From IMG/VR virus record IMGVR_UViG_3300013383_000030: DNA of 64,000 nt; one strand, 5' to 3'. The position numbers were made by a program, and so were the translations under genes. The stretch comes from an uncultured virus (IMG/VR IMGVR_UViG_3300013383_000030) (lineage: Duplodnaviria; Heunggongvirae; Uroviricota; Caudoviricetes). How positions within the stretch are numbered: the stretch's first letter is position 1; each line of letters opens with the position of its first letter. The notes below the pieces were generated by a model. It worked only from the letters and a program-made list of their open reading frames with translations, was not told where the DNA came from and ran no database searches. This document shows, one piece after another, positions 12,095 to 22,774 of this stretch.

Positions 12095-12144
12095 ATAAAA
12101 CTTGCAAGATAGATGCCATGTCTTCAGCATGGCATAGAGTTCAC
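12095..12144 (+). repeat. ~50-bp IS605-end mini-element, class B (guide ATAG, target ATAC). Other copies: 19464-19513, 22340-22390(-), 27351-27378(- partial), 43355-43404(-), 46607-46656
   Basis: Consensus ATAC|ayaaaattcgcaagATAGatgccatgtcttcagcatggcatagagtTCAC. Confidence 0.9.
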
Positions 12145-12149
12145 AACAA

Positions 12150-13127
12150 ATGGAATCAAAAGAAAAACTGAACCGCATTCTCGTTGCGATGGACGTGTCA
12201 AACTTCGTCTATTTCGTGATATTCCTTGCCGAGAAGCAATGGGGTTCTGAATGTAGATCAGATTGGGAATCCGTTCTTGGGGAGTATGTTGAAAAGGACC
12301 CCGACAACCCTCCCGATCTTCTGAACTTCGACCGCTTCCGGGTAATCCTTAGGAATGTCGTGCAGAAAAGACTCGAGGCAATAAACTGGATTGTCAGGAA
12401 TGCCCACCAAAACGAGGTGGATATGTCGGATGGTATAGACATAATACTCTCTGAAGACTCCCCACTCGACGGTTCGTTCAGGAAAAGGCTCTATCCCGAA
12501 TACAAGGCTAACAGGAAACTTGTCATACACAAGTATAACATATTCGCGTTGAAAAGATACGTCCAAAATGTGATATTTAAGGAACTGGAAATTGAAGAAA
12601 AATATGGGTACAGAATCGTGAAGGTGGAAGGTTGTGAATCTGATGATATAATAGCCGTTCTGATGCGCAGGTTCGACAACTACACGCTTCGGATTCTCCT
12701 TTCGTCGGACAGAGATTTCCTCCAACTTGATGGAGTATACCAGTACACGATGTCCGGGATGCCAGTGCAGAGGAAAATAGCAAAGAGCACGAAAAACAGG
12801 AATGGATTTGATATGACCCCGAACGAATTTCTGTTGTGGAAGATAATACGCGGGGACAAATCTGACAATATCAAGAACGTGTTCTCTGGATATGGTGAAT
12901 TGAAGTCATACAGGCTGATGAAGGATAAGGCTACACTCAGGAAGATGCTTTCTGAAAGCCAGGAGTCGTACAACAGGTTCATGCTTAATAGGAAACTGAT
13001 TGACTTTCGTGAGATACCGAAGGAACTCGAGGACAAGATCTATTCTGTTCTGAAAGAGAAGCTTTCACAAAAGACACAGGTTGATCGTGTCGAGGAGTTC
13101 TCCCTGAACAGCTGCATGGAAATTTGA
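12150..13127 (+). CDS. rnh: T4 RNase H-like 5'-3' exonuclease
   Basis: FRKRLYPEYKANR, ESDDIIA, SSDRDFLQL and GDKSDNI motifs. Confidence 0.85.
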   Translation: MESKEKLNRILVAMDVSNFVYFVIFLAEKQWGSECRSDWESVLGEYVEKDPDNPPDLLNFDRFRVILRNVVQKRLEAINWIVRNAHQNEVDMSDGIDIILSEDSPLDGSFRKRLYPEYKANRKLVIHKYNIFALKRYVQNVIFKELEIEEKYGYRIVKVEGCESDDIIAVLMRRFDNYTLRILLSSDRDFLQLDGVYQYTMSGMPVQRKIAKSTKNRNGFDMTPNEFLLWKIIRGDKSDNIKNVFSGYGELKSYRLMKDKATLRKMLSESQESYNRFMLNRKLIDFREIPKELEDKIYSVLKEKLSQKTQVDRVEEFSLNSCMEI

Positions 13128-13129
13128 AA

Positions 13130-13327
13130 ATGAACAAAGAAATGAACAACGAGGAAATAGCCGAAATCAATGCAGAAATCGAGAGGATGGTCGAGAGGAT
13201 TCAGACCGTGAAGGATCTTATTACAGACTACACCGTCTACAAGTCTGAGGTCGCGAGGAAGATGCTCGACGCTGCTCTCAGGAAGTATGCGCATCCGTTC
13301 ATTTCCGAGCGCAAGCAGGAAGAGTGA
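13130..13327 (+). CDS. Hypothetical protein
   Basis: Short ORF tightly packed in the operon after rnh. Confidence 0.5.
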   Translation: MNKEMNNEEIAEINAEIERMVERIQTVKDLITDYTVYKSEVARKMLDAALRKYAHPFISERKQEE

Positions 13328-14016
13328 TGATTCTCGTTCCGAAGTTCAAGCTCATCTACTACAAGCACCTTCTTGAGAATGCGTTTTCAAGATTCATAGG
13401 AAGACATGGAGACGATTTCGCGAGAGATGACGGAAAATATGTCTTTTCCTCAACGGTTTCAAGGAAAAGAATCAAGAACGAGCTTGAACATGACATCTCT
13501 TCCGAGATTTCAGGATATGCTGGTGGTTTCTCTGTTGAAAAGCCGGAGTATCTCATTGTAATAGGTTCCTGCTTTCCGAGATCGAACATACTGCTGAAGA
13601 ACCTTCCGCACGGAGTCTACATACCGGAAAAGCTCATGAGATACATGGAGGAGCACCCGGATGTCAGGTACTTCCATCGCGAGAAGGATTTGAAGTTTGA
13701 TGACGAGTCTATGAATTGCGTATTCGAGGAGTTGTTCAATCGGTTTGTCGGGAATCCACCCGGAAGGAACGTTGTCTTCATCAGGCACAGGAACCTTGAC
13801 TGCTATCTGATGTTCAAGGTTCTCAAGAGGATTTACGGAAGCGCGAATGTCGTCAACCTCCACGACGAGATGAAAGGCGACATGAGGGACTCCCTTGTCA
13901 GCATAAATGGATGGATTCTGAAGTACGCTAAAAAGAGGAACATAATAAATAATGATGACATGAGGCTGACGGTCGAGGAGATACACCAGCACCTCAGGGA
14001 GAGGATTGGGTTGTAG
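13327..14016 (+). CDS. Hypothetical protein; ends in TAG, and readthrough would add about 40 aa
   Basis: 229-aa ORF whose start overlaps the upstream stop (TGATG). Confidence 0.55.
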   Translation: MILVPKFKLIYYKHLLENAFSRFIGRHGDDFARDDGKYVFSSTVSRKRIKNELEHDISSEISGYAGGFSVEKPEYLIVIGSCFPRSNILLKNLPHGVYIPEKLMRYMEEHPDVRYFHREKDLKFDDESMNCVFEELFNRFVGNPPGRNVVFIRHRNLDCYLMFKVLKRIYGSANVVNLHDEMKGDMRDSLVSINGWILKYAKKRNIINNDDMRLTVEEIHQHLRERIGL

Positions 14017-14177
14017 TGGGAAGGAACAAGAGAAAGCAAATTACATCTACAAGCTGATACCGAAGGAGATCATGAGGAAGTTCGGGACTCTCGCGGAGTT
14101 CCGCTTCACGAGAAAGACGAAGAAACCGTCAAGGGTTTTTGACAGCTATCGTACGATTGAAGAGGTACTTGGAAAGC

Positions 14178-14702
14178 TCAGATGAAACGTTTCAGTTTCT
14201 CGTCAAATTTCCAGTGATACTTCGAATCCTTTGAAAGCCTTTGCTTCACCTCACACCATGCGTTGACTGGAATGTTTCCGGAATCAAACGTGTCGACGAA
14301 ATAGTTGCAGCTTTTCTTGCAGTTGACGTAGACAATGTGACCGCCGTCCTTCCAGTCGTTGACGTATACGAGATAGATTTTCCCGTCGTTTCTGTGAGCC
14401 TCTACCCATTCGTCAAGGGGAAGCTCGCCGTCGAACTTGAATGGATCATCCTCGTTTGGAAGAAGTTCTTCAATTGGTCCAATCCATTTTCCGAGCGTTT
14501 CTTCGAGTTCATAGAGATCGATGCCGTCGTCTCCTGTGAAGCCAACACCCTTTCTGCAGTCGACCTTCAGGAGTTTGCATGCGACCTCATAGTCGAGACC
14601 GAACGCACCGACAACGGCACGGACGAGACAGTCTCCGATGTTCTTTCCCCACTTGTTGAAGTTGAACAACTTAAGATTCTTGCTTTTCTTCTTCCGTTTC
14701 AT
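14178..14702 (-). CDS. Putative papain-like/C39-type peptidase-fold protein
   Basis: GDCLVRA...GGHIVYV...DTFDS gives a Cys/His/Asp pattern; resembles 35832-36629. Confidence 0.4.
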   Translation of the reverse strand: MKRKKKSKNLKLFNFNKWGKNIGDCLVRAVVGAFGLDYEVACKLLKVDCRKGVGFTGDDGIDLYELEETLGKWIGPIEELLPNEDDPFKFDGELPLDEWVEAHRNDGKIYLVYVNDWKDGGHIVYVNCKKSCNYFVDTFDSGNIPVNAWCEVKQRLSKDSKYHWKFDEKLKRFI

Positions 14703-14904
14703 TATTTGGTTCAAAGTTAGAACACCAGTCGATTGCGGGGATATTGATTTTCGGGAAGTTTGAGGTCGTGACCTAATATCCTCCCATGTTGACCGTCATT
14801 GGGACAGGTGGATTCAGCCTACAGAAGCACGGACGCGAGTCGAACCACCTGCAGTTGGCGCAGCAGGTTGCCTTCGGATCGACCTCATATTCCTCTGGAA
14901 TCAT
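14671..14904 (-). CDS. Small Cys-rich protein; one internal TAG
   Basis: CANCRWF...CRLNPP...(TAG)...FP...DWCSNF; the motif is completed only by readthrough. Confidence 0.55.
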
Positions 14905-16043
14905 TTTGCTTCCATTTCCTCTTGCTTGACGACCATCTTGTTGAGTTTCTCGAATTCCCTGTCGGTCAGGAATTCGGTCGGATCGTTTTTTGTCCACCTC
15001 TCCGATAGAGACTTGAGGAAGTTCATTTTCTCCTGGAGCGTCATGTTGACGAATGACTTTCCGATGTTCGTCTTCTTCAAAATGTCCTTGTAAATCCTTG
15101 TGTATTCTTCGCGGAGGGAGTTCTTTTCATCGGCAGTAAGATTTTTCGGTTCCTCGGCTGGAGATTTGGTTGGTTCTACCTTTTGCTCATCACCTTTCGT
15201 ATCATCCTCGTTTTCTTCAGAACCGTCGCCAGAAGGACTTTCCTGTTTTGGAGCATTGTCGTCCCGTTTCAGATCTTCCTGGTTGGGTTCGTTTGTCTTT
15301 TTTGTATTGTCGGTTTGTGTACTACCCTTTGTGGTAGCGTCATCACCAACTCCAAACGACGAAACATCTTCGGTCTTGTTTCCAGACCTAGAATCGGTCG
15401 AGACATCTCCCGTCTCCTGTTTCTCAAAATCCTTCGAATCGTCTTCTGATAAGTCGTAGAGGTTCACACCAGGCTATTCCCATGTGATATTTGGATCGAC
15501 CGCTCCGGACTACTCGACACCAAGAACCTTGATTTCCGTGCATCCAAGCCCGGCAACACTTGAAATGCACTCCTACTTTGCCCCATCCATGTTAAATGCG
15601 TTGGAATAGTACTCACCAACCTTCGGGTGTCCATCCTTAAGCGCAGAATAAAGGACGGTGAAAGATGGATTTGTACAATTGTTTGTCTGAACTGCCGTGG
15701 TGTTGTCCGCCCCAAGCGGCGTAAGCGAGTCCCCTGGACCACCACAGAGAGTGTTGGCGTAAGGATCGTCACGTTCACTTTTGGGTTCCACACCAATTTC
15801 ATCTTCACTTTGCTATTCATCCTTGACCAAACCCCGTTTCACCGCGCACTCGTAGAGCTCCTCGACCTTTTTTCTGTCGTCCTCATTGAGGTTCTCTTGA
15901 TCGAGCGTATAGAGATAGGGGTGACATTTGCACATCTTTTTGCACGACAAGAGGCTCTGTATTATGTCGTATGTTCTGTCGAATTTGTTCTGGTCGATTT
16001 CCTCTGAACAAGACTCGGCGAATATCCCGGCGAGTTTGCCCAT
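14901..16043 (-). CDS. Acidic hypothetical late protein, 380 aa, 4 internal TAG
   Basis: ORFs 15813-16043, 15573-15791 and 14901-15467 share one frame separated only by TAG; GTAAATA lies upstream. Confidence 0.6.
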
Positions 16044-16198
16044 TTGTTCTCTCTAAAAGTGGCGATAGTCGAAGTCAAGATTCATCTTTTTAACACCTTT
16101 TTGACAAAGATATTTACAAAGAAATGACGAGAAAGGGTTTGATTTCAACTCGTGGAGGAAAACATTGCAGTGTGTTTTGAGGGTCCGTCATCGTGTTT

Positions 16199-16237
16199 TT
16201 GAAGCTAACAATCATCTTCAGTGATTGTTAGCTTCAA
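16199..16237. repeat. Palindromic IS605-end-like hairpin ending TTCAA; relatives near 49908-49940, 56526-56570 and the collapsed palindrome 11090-11113
   Basis: ttgaagctaacaatca-tcttcag-tgattgttagcttcaa has the same CTTCAG loop as the other mini-elements. Confidence 0.6.
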
Positions 16238-16283
16238 GTCAGCATTCAGAATTTTTTGCATGAAGATTCAGAAAAACCAAATA

Positions 16284-17465
16284 TCACGATACCACTCTCC
16301 CGTACAATTCATATGTCACCTTTTCGCCAGACTCATTCTCAAGTGTTATTGTAACTTTTTCGTTCGTCTTTACACACTCGTCAAGAGACTGATGCGTAGT
16401 GAGGAAACCAGAATCGTTTGTAAGTTGTGACGTTTTTGATGGAATCATCTGGTCAACCTCTGCCTTGGAATACGTCTCGGTCTTTGAATAGGCTTCATCC
16501 TTGGAATATGCCCCGACGTCTGACGCCACAAGTGCGATGTCGGACGAAAGAGCCTTGCCGTTCACCTTCCGGGACACCGGGACATCTCCTTCGAGGTGCG
16601 TCACGGTTGATGCAAGCGCCCCGACGTCTGACGCCACAAGTGCGATGTCGGACGAAAGAGCCTTGCCGTTCACCTTCCGGGACACCGGGACAGCACCAAC
16701 CTGTGTGGCCGTGACACCGTGTGGGTTTTTCACGTTCGCCACATGGTTGGCAATCGTTGTGTTCGTCGTGCCGGTCTGTAGGTCGACATAGGTCTTGACG
16801 ACCTTGTTCTGGACCGGATTTTCGCTTGTGTCACTAAGCGTGTCATCAATGGTTATCGGACCGGGGAGGTCGTTGTTTGTGATGTACCCGGTGTCATTCG
16901 TAAGCTCAGACACCTTTGTTGGAATTACGGGAGCCGAGTAGTCCGTTATGTCCGAGAGAACGTGTTTGTGTCCGATCATCGAGACAACGTCCGGATCTAT
17001 TGAAATCGTCTTGTCTTCGGAAATGTTAATACCACTACCGCCATTGAAGATGAACACATCCGAAATGTCGACATCTATTGTAACGGTACTTCCGTCAGCC
17101 TTGTTGAACGTTATCACAAGAGAATGTGAATCCTTCTTGTAGACGACGTTTTTGACCATCCCGGTGAAGATAAACTTCGATATGTTTATACGGCGCTCAC
17201 TGGCGTCGGTCTTCAGTACAAGATCGTGTTTCGTTGTGTCATATGTGAACTCCATTGTCGTGTCGTCCACATATGTATCGCTTATCGTATTCAGCGTATC
17301 AAACTCGTCCTTGAACGATTTCCTGAGACTATTCACAAGATTTGCATAATCAAGACCAAGCGATCTCAATGCGCTTGAGGAAGTCCTCTTCGATATGAGG
17401 AGAATGTCCCCGTTCGAGACCTCTCCAGCCCTTGCAAGTTCAGATATTTTCTTTATGTCATCCAT
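16284..17465 (-). CDS. Tail fibre-like structural protein with an internal duplication
   Basis: HKHVLSDITD, KVSELTNDTG, NPHGVTATQVG and two copies of VPVSRKVNGKALSSDIALVASDVGA (DNA direct repeat ~16510-16583 and ~16618-16691). Confidence 0.7.
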   Translation of the reverse strand: MDDIKKISELARAGEVSNGDILLISKRTSSSALRSLGLDYANLVNSLRKSFKDEFDTLNTISDTYVDDTTMEFTYDTTKHDLVLKTDASERRINISKFIFTGMVKNVVYKKDSHSLVITFNKADGSTVTIDVDISDVFIFNGGSGINISEDKTISIDPDVVSMIGHKHVLSDITDYSAPVIPTKVSELTNDTGYITNNDLPGPITIDDTLSDTSENPVQNKVVKTYVDLQTGTTNTTIANHVANVKNPHGVTATQVGAVPVSRKVNGKALSSDIALVASDVGALASTVTHLEGDVPVSRKVNGKALSSDIALVASDVGAYSKDEAYSKTETYSKAEVDQMIPSKTSQLTNDSGFLTTHQSLDECVKTNEKVTITLENESGEKVTYELYGRVVS

Positions 17466-17469
17466 TTTG

Positions 17470-17685
17470 TCATTCCTCCGAAATTCTCCACCCGTCCTCG
17501 AAGACTATGTAGGCGTCACCCTCCTCCGTCTCAAATCCTTCGTCCCAGGTGATCATGACCGGCGTGTGGAAGAACCTGTAGAGCGCCGTGTTCCTTCTTA
17601 TGCTATTCAGGAAGATGCCCTCCTGGTAGTCTCTGTTGTTTCTCCCACTGGGGTTCGCTTTAAGATTGCTTCCAAACTCGTTCAT
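17470..17685 (-). CDS. Small hypothetical late protein
   Basis: ORF between GTAAATA (17691) and the fibre gene. Confidence 0.45.
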   Translation of the reverse strand: MNEFGSNLKANPSGRNNRDYQEGIFLNSIRRNTALYRFFHTPVMITWDEGFETEEGDAYIVFEDGWRISEE

Positions 17686-17808
17686 GAATTTATTTACAAA
17701 AAAACGACGAGGAAGATGCCATGTCTTCAGTATGGCATAGAGTTCACTGTTTTTGGTTGTTGCAAAAATGTTGTTGCAAAAATCTACTGGAAATGCTATA
17801 ATGTCACT

Positions 17809-18288
17809 ATGGAAATCATCGGAGTAACGAACGAGACGAAGTTCAATGACGCGAACTACAAGAACGCAAAAGTGACGATTTCACTTGTTCCATTCTCGAA
17901 CGACGTCAACTCATTCAGACTGTTCTGCAACGTCAACAGGGAGTACAATCTTGTAGACTACGGGGACTATTTCGTTCCGTACTATCATGCGAACGGATGT
18001 CTCGGAGCGAAGACGATAATGGTCGAGACCCACATGGAGCGTTGGCGCACCTGTGAGGAAAGAATAAAGAACGAATGGAGAAACCACTTCATCAGCAAGA
18101 CGTATATCGACGAAAACGGAAGAAGCATGCCGGAATTCTACGGTTATTTCGACAGCCTCCGGAGGGCAAACCGGGAGTACAACATGAAGCTGAAGCCTTA
18201 CCTGTTGGAAAAACTGATTCCCTACGAGAGGATAAGCGATAAAAAACTGGTCGAAACGATAAGAAACCTTAGGTTCTCGTAGGTTTAA
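17809..18288 (+). CDS. Hypothetical protein ending TAG-GTT-TAA, compatible with either code
   Basis: ATG follows TGCTATAAT. Confidence 0.55.
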
Positions 18289-18345
18289 TGATATTTACAT
18301 AAAATTTGACGAGAAAGATGCCAGGTCTTTAGCATGGCATAGAGT

Positions 18346-19182
18346 TCACTCTCCCAATAAACAAATGTTTCCGTACGCCTCTGAAGACCTGAGCTCCTCG
18401 GTGAACTTGTCCCACTCAGCCTGTCCCTGCTCGCCGATTGACGTGTCCAGAGTTCCTCCACCAAGAAGCTGAACTGACTGGAACTTCTTCCTTATGTCCC
18501 CGAGCTGTATCTTGCACTTCGCGAGGAAAAGCTTCTTCACGTACTCGTTTCCGAGAAGCTCCTCCACTGGCGGCTCGCATTCGCAGGTTATGAGAATGCT
18601 GTCCTTGCACGGATACCCGAGCTTCGGAGTCGGGATAATCTTCAGCCTCTGCGAATTCCTGAAGAACCTCCACTGGGGTGCACTTCCAGTAACCCTGTTC
18701 GCCATCTCGATGAACTCATGGAGATTGTGGAGCGAGACCCATCCCTGGTTTCCTATTCCCGCGCCGTTCCCCCCGGGGAAAATGCCCTGTCCGGCATATG
18801 AGTTCATCATTCCATAGGGACCGAAAATGAAGTCGCAGCCCCAGAGCTGAAGAAAAGCATCCCTCCTGAACGAAATATCATGTATGTCGGCTATCTTGTA
18901 CTCGGAAAGGTCAAGTCCGCACTTCGGATCGTACTTCTCGAGGGATACTACGATGTCTTCCACGTCGAACGATGCAAACTTCGTGTAGAGCTCCAGTGCT
19001 TCCTGAAGGGCTATTTCGTAGTGTTCCCTCGTCAGCTCGACAGTCTGGAGCGGATATCCGAGCTTCACCTATGCATAGTGTATCATGTCGTCCAGCGTCC
19101 TTATGTGCGGACGAAGGAACGTTGAGGAAGCCTCATCGTCATGCCTCCTATTTGACTCTTCAACATCTGGATTGACGACCAT
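18346..19182 (-). CDS. T4 gp13-like neck protein; one internal TAG at 19069
   Basis: LDDMIHYA(Q)VKLGYPLQTVEL...YVKKLFLAKCKIQLGDIRKKFQSVQLLGGGTLD. Confidence 0.8.
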
Positions 19183-19352
19183 AACGGACATATTTACAAA
19201 AATTTGACGAGAAAGATGCCAGGTCTTCAGCCTGGCATAGAGTTTGCGGTTTTTCCGGAAGGTCCTTTGGCGAATTTCCTGAAAATGTCTTGAAATGTGC
19301 GGTCTGATTAAATAGGGTTGACAAGTGTGTATGAAAATTATATAATTTTCTC

Positions 19353-19738
19353 ATGTTTTTAGAAAAAAAGCCACGTCGAAGCTTCAAGAGTACGCACGTC
19401 TCCACTTCCGGAAGAAGAGGGAGCGCGAGTCTCTTCTGGGAACCCATGAGGAGAGCGAAATACATGAAATTCGCAAGATAGATGCCGTGTCTTTAGCATG
19501 CCATGGAGTTCACGGGTACTGGGTGAAACACGAGAGGGGTGATCCTCGCTTCAACAGGCGCAACGTTTGCATCTGCGTCTTTAAACACCGCGAAAGGTTT
19601 TCTTATGGTACTCCTCTCGACTATTTCAGAATTGCGCTGAAGTGGTCCTGGAACGATGGGCAGGTCTGCGAGGTGGCGCCGAGGGCGGGGCTGGACGGAC
19701 ATGGGGATCTCTGTGAGCTGCTCGAGAAATGGCGTTGA
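19353..19738 (+). pseudogene. Hypothetical gene frameshifted by a 50-bp class B mini-element (19464-19513)
   Basis: Removing the element joins ...RRAKY to GYWVKH... into one 111-aa ORF behind a consensus promoter. Confidence 0.6.
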
Positions 19739-19957
19739 TGCGTCAAGATTCGAAAACCGACTTGACTTGCGTGGAACATATGCTATAATGGTGGCAGAAA
19801 AGGAAACATAAAAAATGAATGTATTTAATCTTGACGTTCCGTTTGAAATCATCGATTTCTTCAAGATGGCTCCGCGAGCGACAGAGAACGAATTGGTCGA
19901 CTTCGGCAATGTCGAGAAGGACACAATCATCAACCTTTTCAGGAAGGAGAATGCGAA

Positions 19958-20551
19958 GTGAGCGAAAAGAAGGGAACAGACGAAACGGCAAACGACACGA
20001 ACTCGATTTTCTCCGGACCGTGCGACAATTTCGTCAAGAACGGGGTCGTATATATCCTTGGAGAATTCGACAATACGATTTCGAAAAACGTCATCCCGGA
20101 AATTGTAAAGATGATTGAGGAAAAGAAGAGGATATCGGAATCAAAAATAGATATCTACATCAACTCTCCTGGTGGTCTTGTTCACGAGTTAATCGGATTA
20201 CTCTCTGTTCTCCAGTTGGCGAAGAACGCGGGGGTCACAATCTGCACCTACAACATCGGGATAGCGCACAGTTGTGGAAGTCTGTTGTTCATCTTCGGTG
20301 ATGTAAGGGCGATGTACAGAAATGCAGAATCTCTCATGCACCTTGGCTGTGCGGGTGATTTCTATTCGACATATGAACAACTGGAACGCTCAACGAACCG
20401 CACAAAATGGCACTTCGATAGAATCGTGAACATGTATGTCGAACACACTAAGATGAATCGAAGAAAAGTCGAGAAGCTGCTGAAGGACGACAACTGCTAC
20501 ATGGACGCCGACACATGCCTGAAAAACGGCATCTGTGATGAGATTTTCTGA
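19958..20551 (+). CDS. clpP: ClpP-like protease
   Basis: IYINSPGG, IAHSCGS (Ser), LMHLG (His), DNCYMDA...GICDEI. Confidence 0.8.
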   Translation: MSEKKGTDETANDTNSIFSGPCDNFVKNGVVYILGEFDNTISKNVIPEIVKMIEEKKRISESKIDIYINSPGGLVHELIGLLSVLQLAKNAGVTICTYNIGIAHSCGSLLFIFGDVRAMYRNAESLMHLGCAGDFYSTYEQLERSTNRTKWHFDRIVNMYVEHTKMNRRKVEKLLKDDNCYMDADTCLKNGICDEIF

Positions 20552-20604
20552 AAAACTCTTTTGGCAATTCTCAAATTTTTGTGATTTTAGCAAAGGAGAA
20601 AACA

Positions 20605-21177
20605 ATGGGCACGGACTACAGGCTTATCATCAGGCGCAAGTACGACAACAAGCTTCTTGGGATTGTCAACTGCAACCAAATTAAGTCGATTCTCGACTCG
20701 TCGTTCTCTGAGAAAATCGGCTGCTCGTCGAGATTTGATGCGGACGGAAGGATTTTTACATTCGATAATCTCAAGAATCTCACGGACGCGTGTTTCAAGA
20801 GGCTTGATGAGTTGAACCAAAAGATTCTCATGAACAGGATCATGATCATGGGAGCGAGGAGTATGGATGTAATCGGGAAGTTCGAAGAGGACAACGACTG
20901 CATCGAGAACGACTGCATTCCGGAGGTGAAGTGTGTGCTCGAAGCTTCCGTGTTCATCCAAGGTCTTGTGAGTGCAATCGTCGAAGATCGGTTCAGGAAC
21001 CCTGCACCATTCAACCATGATGGAGACAACAAGGAAACCGACAACATTCCGGCTTACATCTACAACGGAGAGGATCTTCCGAAGGCGACAATCAAAGGAT
21101 TGGGCGACAAAACACACAAGAACGGTGTGATGATCTGGAACGGCGACGTGAATCTCGAAATAGAGGCGAACTACTGA
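20605..21177 (+). CDS. Hypothetical protein
   Basis: AAGGAG RBS followed by a 190-aa ORF. Confidence 0.6.
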   Translation: MGTDYRLIIRRKYDNKLLGIVNCNQIKSILDSSFSEKIGCSSRFDADGRIFTFDNLKNLTDACFKRLDELNQKILMNRIMIMGARSMDVIGKFEEDNDCIENDCIPEVKCVLEASVFIQGLVSAIVEDRFRNPAPFNHDGDNKETDNIPAYIYNGEDLPKATIKGLGDKTHKNGVMIWNGDVNLEIEANY

Positions 21178-21315
21178 AAACCGACCTGACATCGACATCT
21201 GATATGCTATAATGTCCGAGTTAAAAGGAAAACCATGACACCGTTCGAGAAAATCACAAACGACAAACATCACAATGGACTGCAACACATATCTCACTTA
21301 AGGTAAAATACTTCA

Positions 21316-22263
21316 ATGGAAAACCTGAAAGAATACTGGACGGAGGAGTTCGCCCCGAAGACAATTGATGACATGGTTCTCGTTTCTGATCTGAAGGAAA
21401 AGATCAAGAACCAGCTCGGTTCGAAGACGAAGTTCTATGCACTCTATGCGGGTCGTGCCGGAATAGGGAAGACAACTCTTGCAAACATAGTTGCAAAGAC
21501 GCTTAACGCCTCCGTCCTCTTCATTCCGTGTGGCGTAGAGGGAAATGTGGCAACCGCACAGGGGAAAATCAAAACATTCTGCGAGTCCCTTAACATAGAC
21601 GGAAAGCCAAAACTCGTGATTCTAGACGAGCTTGATTCTGCTTCCGGAACACAAGATAATTCTATGCAGAAGGTGCTTAGGAACATCATAACGGATTCCC
21701 CCGACACGATGTTCATAGGTACATGCAATTATCCCGAGAAGGTGATTGAACCCTTGCAGTCCCGTCTTGGTGGTGTGAAAAAACTTGAGTTCAGCGCCAA
21801 GGATCTCTTCGGGAGACTCGTTTATATACTCAACACAAAAGGCATCAAATACACAAACGAATCCCTTTCGGCGTTTGTCAAGAACATTCTCAAGGTGTAC
21901 TATCCGGACATCAGGAAAATTATACTTGAGCTCCAAAGCTGCTGCTCGACCGGAACGCTTGTTGTTACAACAAACGCATCTGCCGCAGATTCGTCGTTTA
22001 TCGATGAACTAATCCAAAAATGCAGAACAGAAAAGAATGTGCTTGAACTCAGGCGGTTTTATGTTTCCAACAAGAGCAGAATTTCAGATTATCTGACACT
22101 CTCGTCTGAATTGTTCAATAGGCTTCTTGATGTTGGTTTGATAAATGACAGGGACACCATCCTGAAGATGAGCAACATCATCTATCAAATGAATCTCGTG
22201 ATAGATCGTGAGGTTTGCTTTTTTTCACTAATAACGCTCTTGAACAAAACTTTTTTAAGTTGA
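21316..22263 (+). CDS. Sliding-clamp loader, large subunit (T4 gp44-like)
   Basis: WTEEFAPKTIDD, GRAGIGKTT, ILDELD, TCNYPEKVIEPLQSR, YPDIRK. Confidence 0.9.
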   Translation: MENLKEYWTEEFAPKTIDDMVLVSDLKEKIKNQLGSKTKFYALYAGRAGIGKTTLANIVAKTLNASVLFIPCGVEGNVATAQGKIKTFCESLNIDGKPKLVILDELDSASGTQDNSMQKVLRNIITDSPDTMFIGTCNYPEKVIEPLQSRLGGVKKLEFSAKDLFGRLVYILNTKGIKYTNESLSAFVKNILKVYYPDIRKIILELQSCCSTGTLVVTTNASAADSSFIDELIQKCRTEKNVLELRRFYVSNKSRISDYLTLSSELFNRLLDVGLINDRDTILKMSNIIYQMNLVIDREVCFFSLITLLNKTFLS

Positions 22264-22446
22264 AGTTCTCCAACGGTCTTCTTCGCCATTTGCCAGAACT
22301 CCTTGTGTGTGAACTTCTATGGCATGTCTTTAGTATGGTGTGAACCCTATGCCATGCTAAAGATGTGGCATCTATCTTGCGAATTTTATTGTTTTTTAAA
22401 AGTGCTTGATATTTTTTCAAAAAATGATATAATTTTTTCAAAAGAA

Positions 22447-22773
22447 ATGGAAAAGAAAGACAAAAGAACGGCGGAAAAGAAGAAAAGGTACACAAACCAG
22501 TATATCTTCGACTACCTGAGAAATATTTTGACAACAAAGTCAATTGACATTTTTCACAGACACGTAAACGACACGGAGAATTTCAAATCAATACCATCCG
22601 TTGTCATATTAAGGTACCTTTCCATGTGTCCCGATGAGCGTGTAAGAACTCTAATAATGTCGAATCAGATATTCCTTGAAAGGCTTGACAAGATTTCACA
22701 TGTTCAGTTCTACAGATGGTGCATAATGAATGTTCCGAGACAGTCTAGTTCGTTCATCAACTACATAAAGTGA
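22447..22773 (+). CDS. Clamp-loader small subunit (gp62-like)
   Basis: Follows gp44; IFDYLRNI...ILRYLSM...FYRWCIMNVPR pattern. Confidence 0.55.
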   Translation: MEKKDKRTAEKKKRYTNQYIFDYLRNILTTKSIDIFHRHVNDTENFKSIPSVVILRYLSMCPDERVRTLIMSNQIFLERLDKISHVQFYRWCIMNVPRQSSSFINYIK

Positions 22774-22774
22774 A

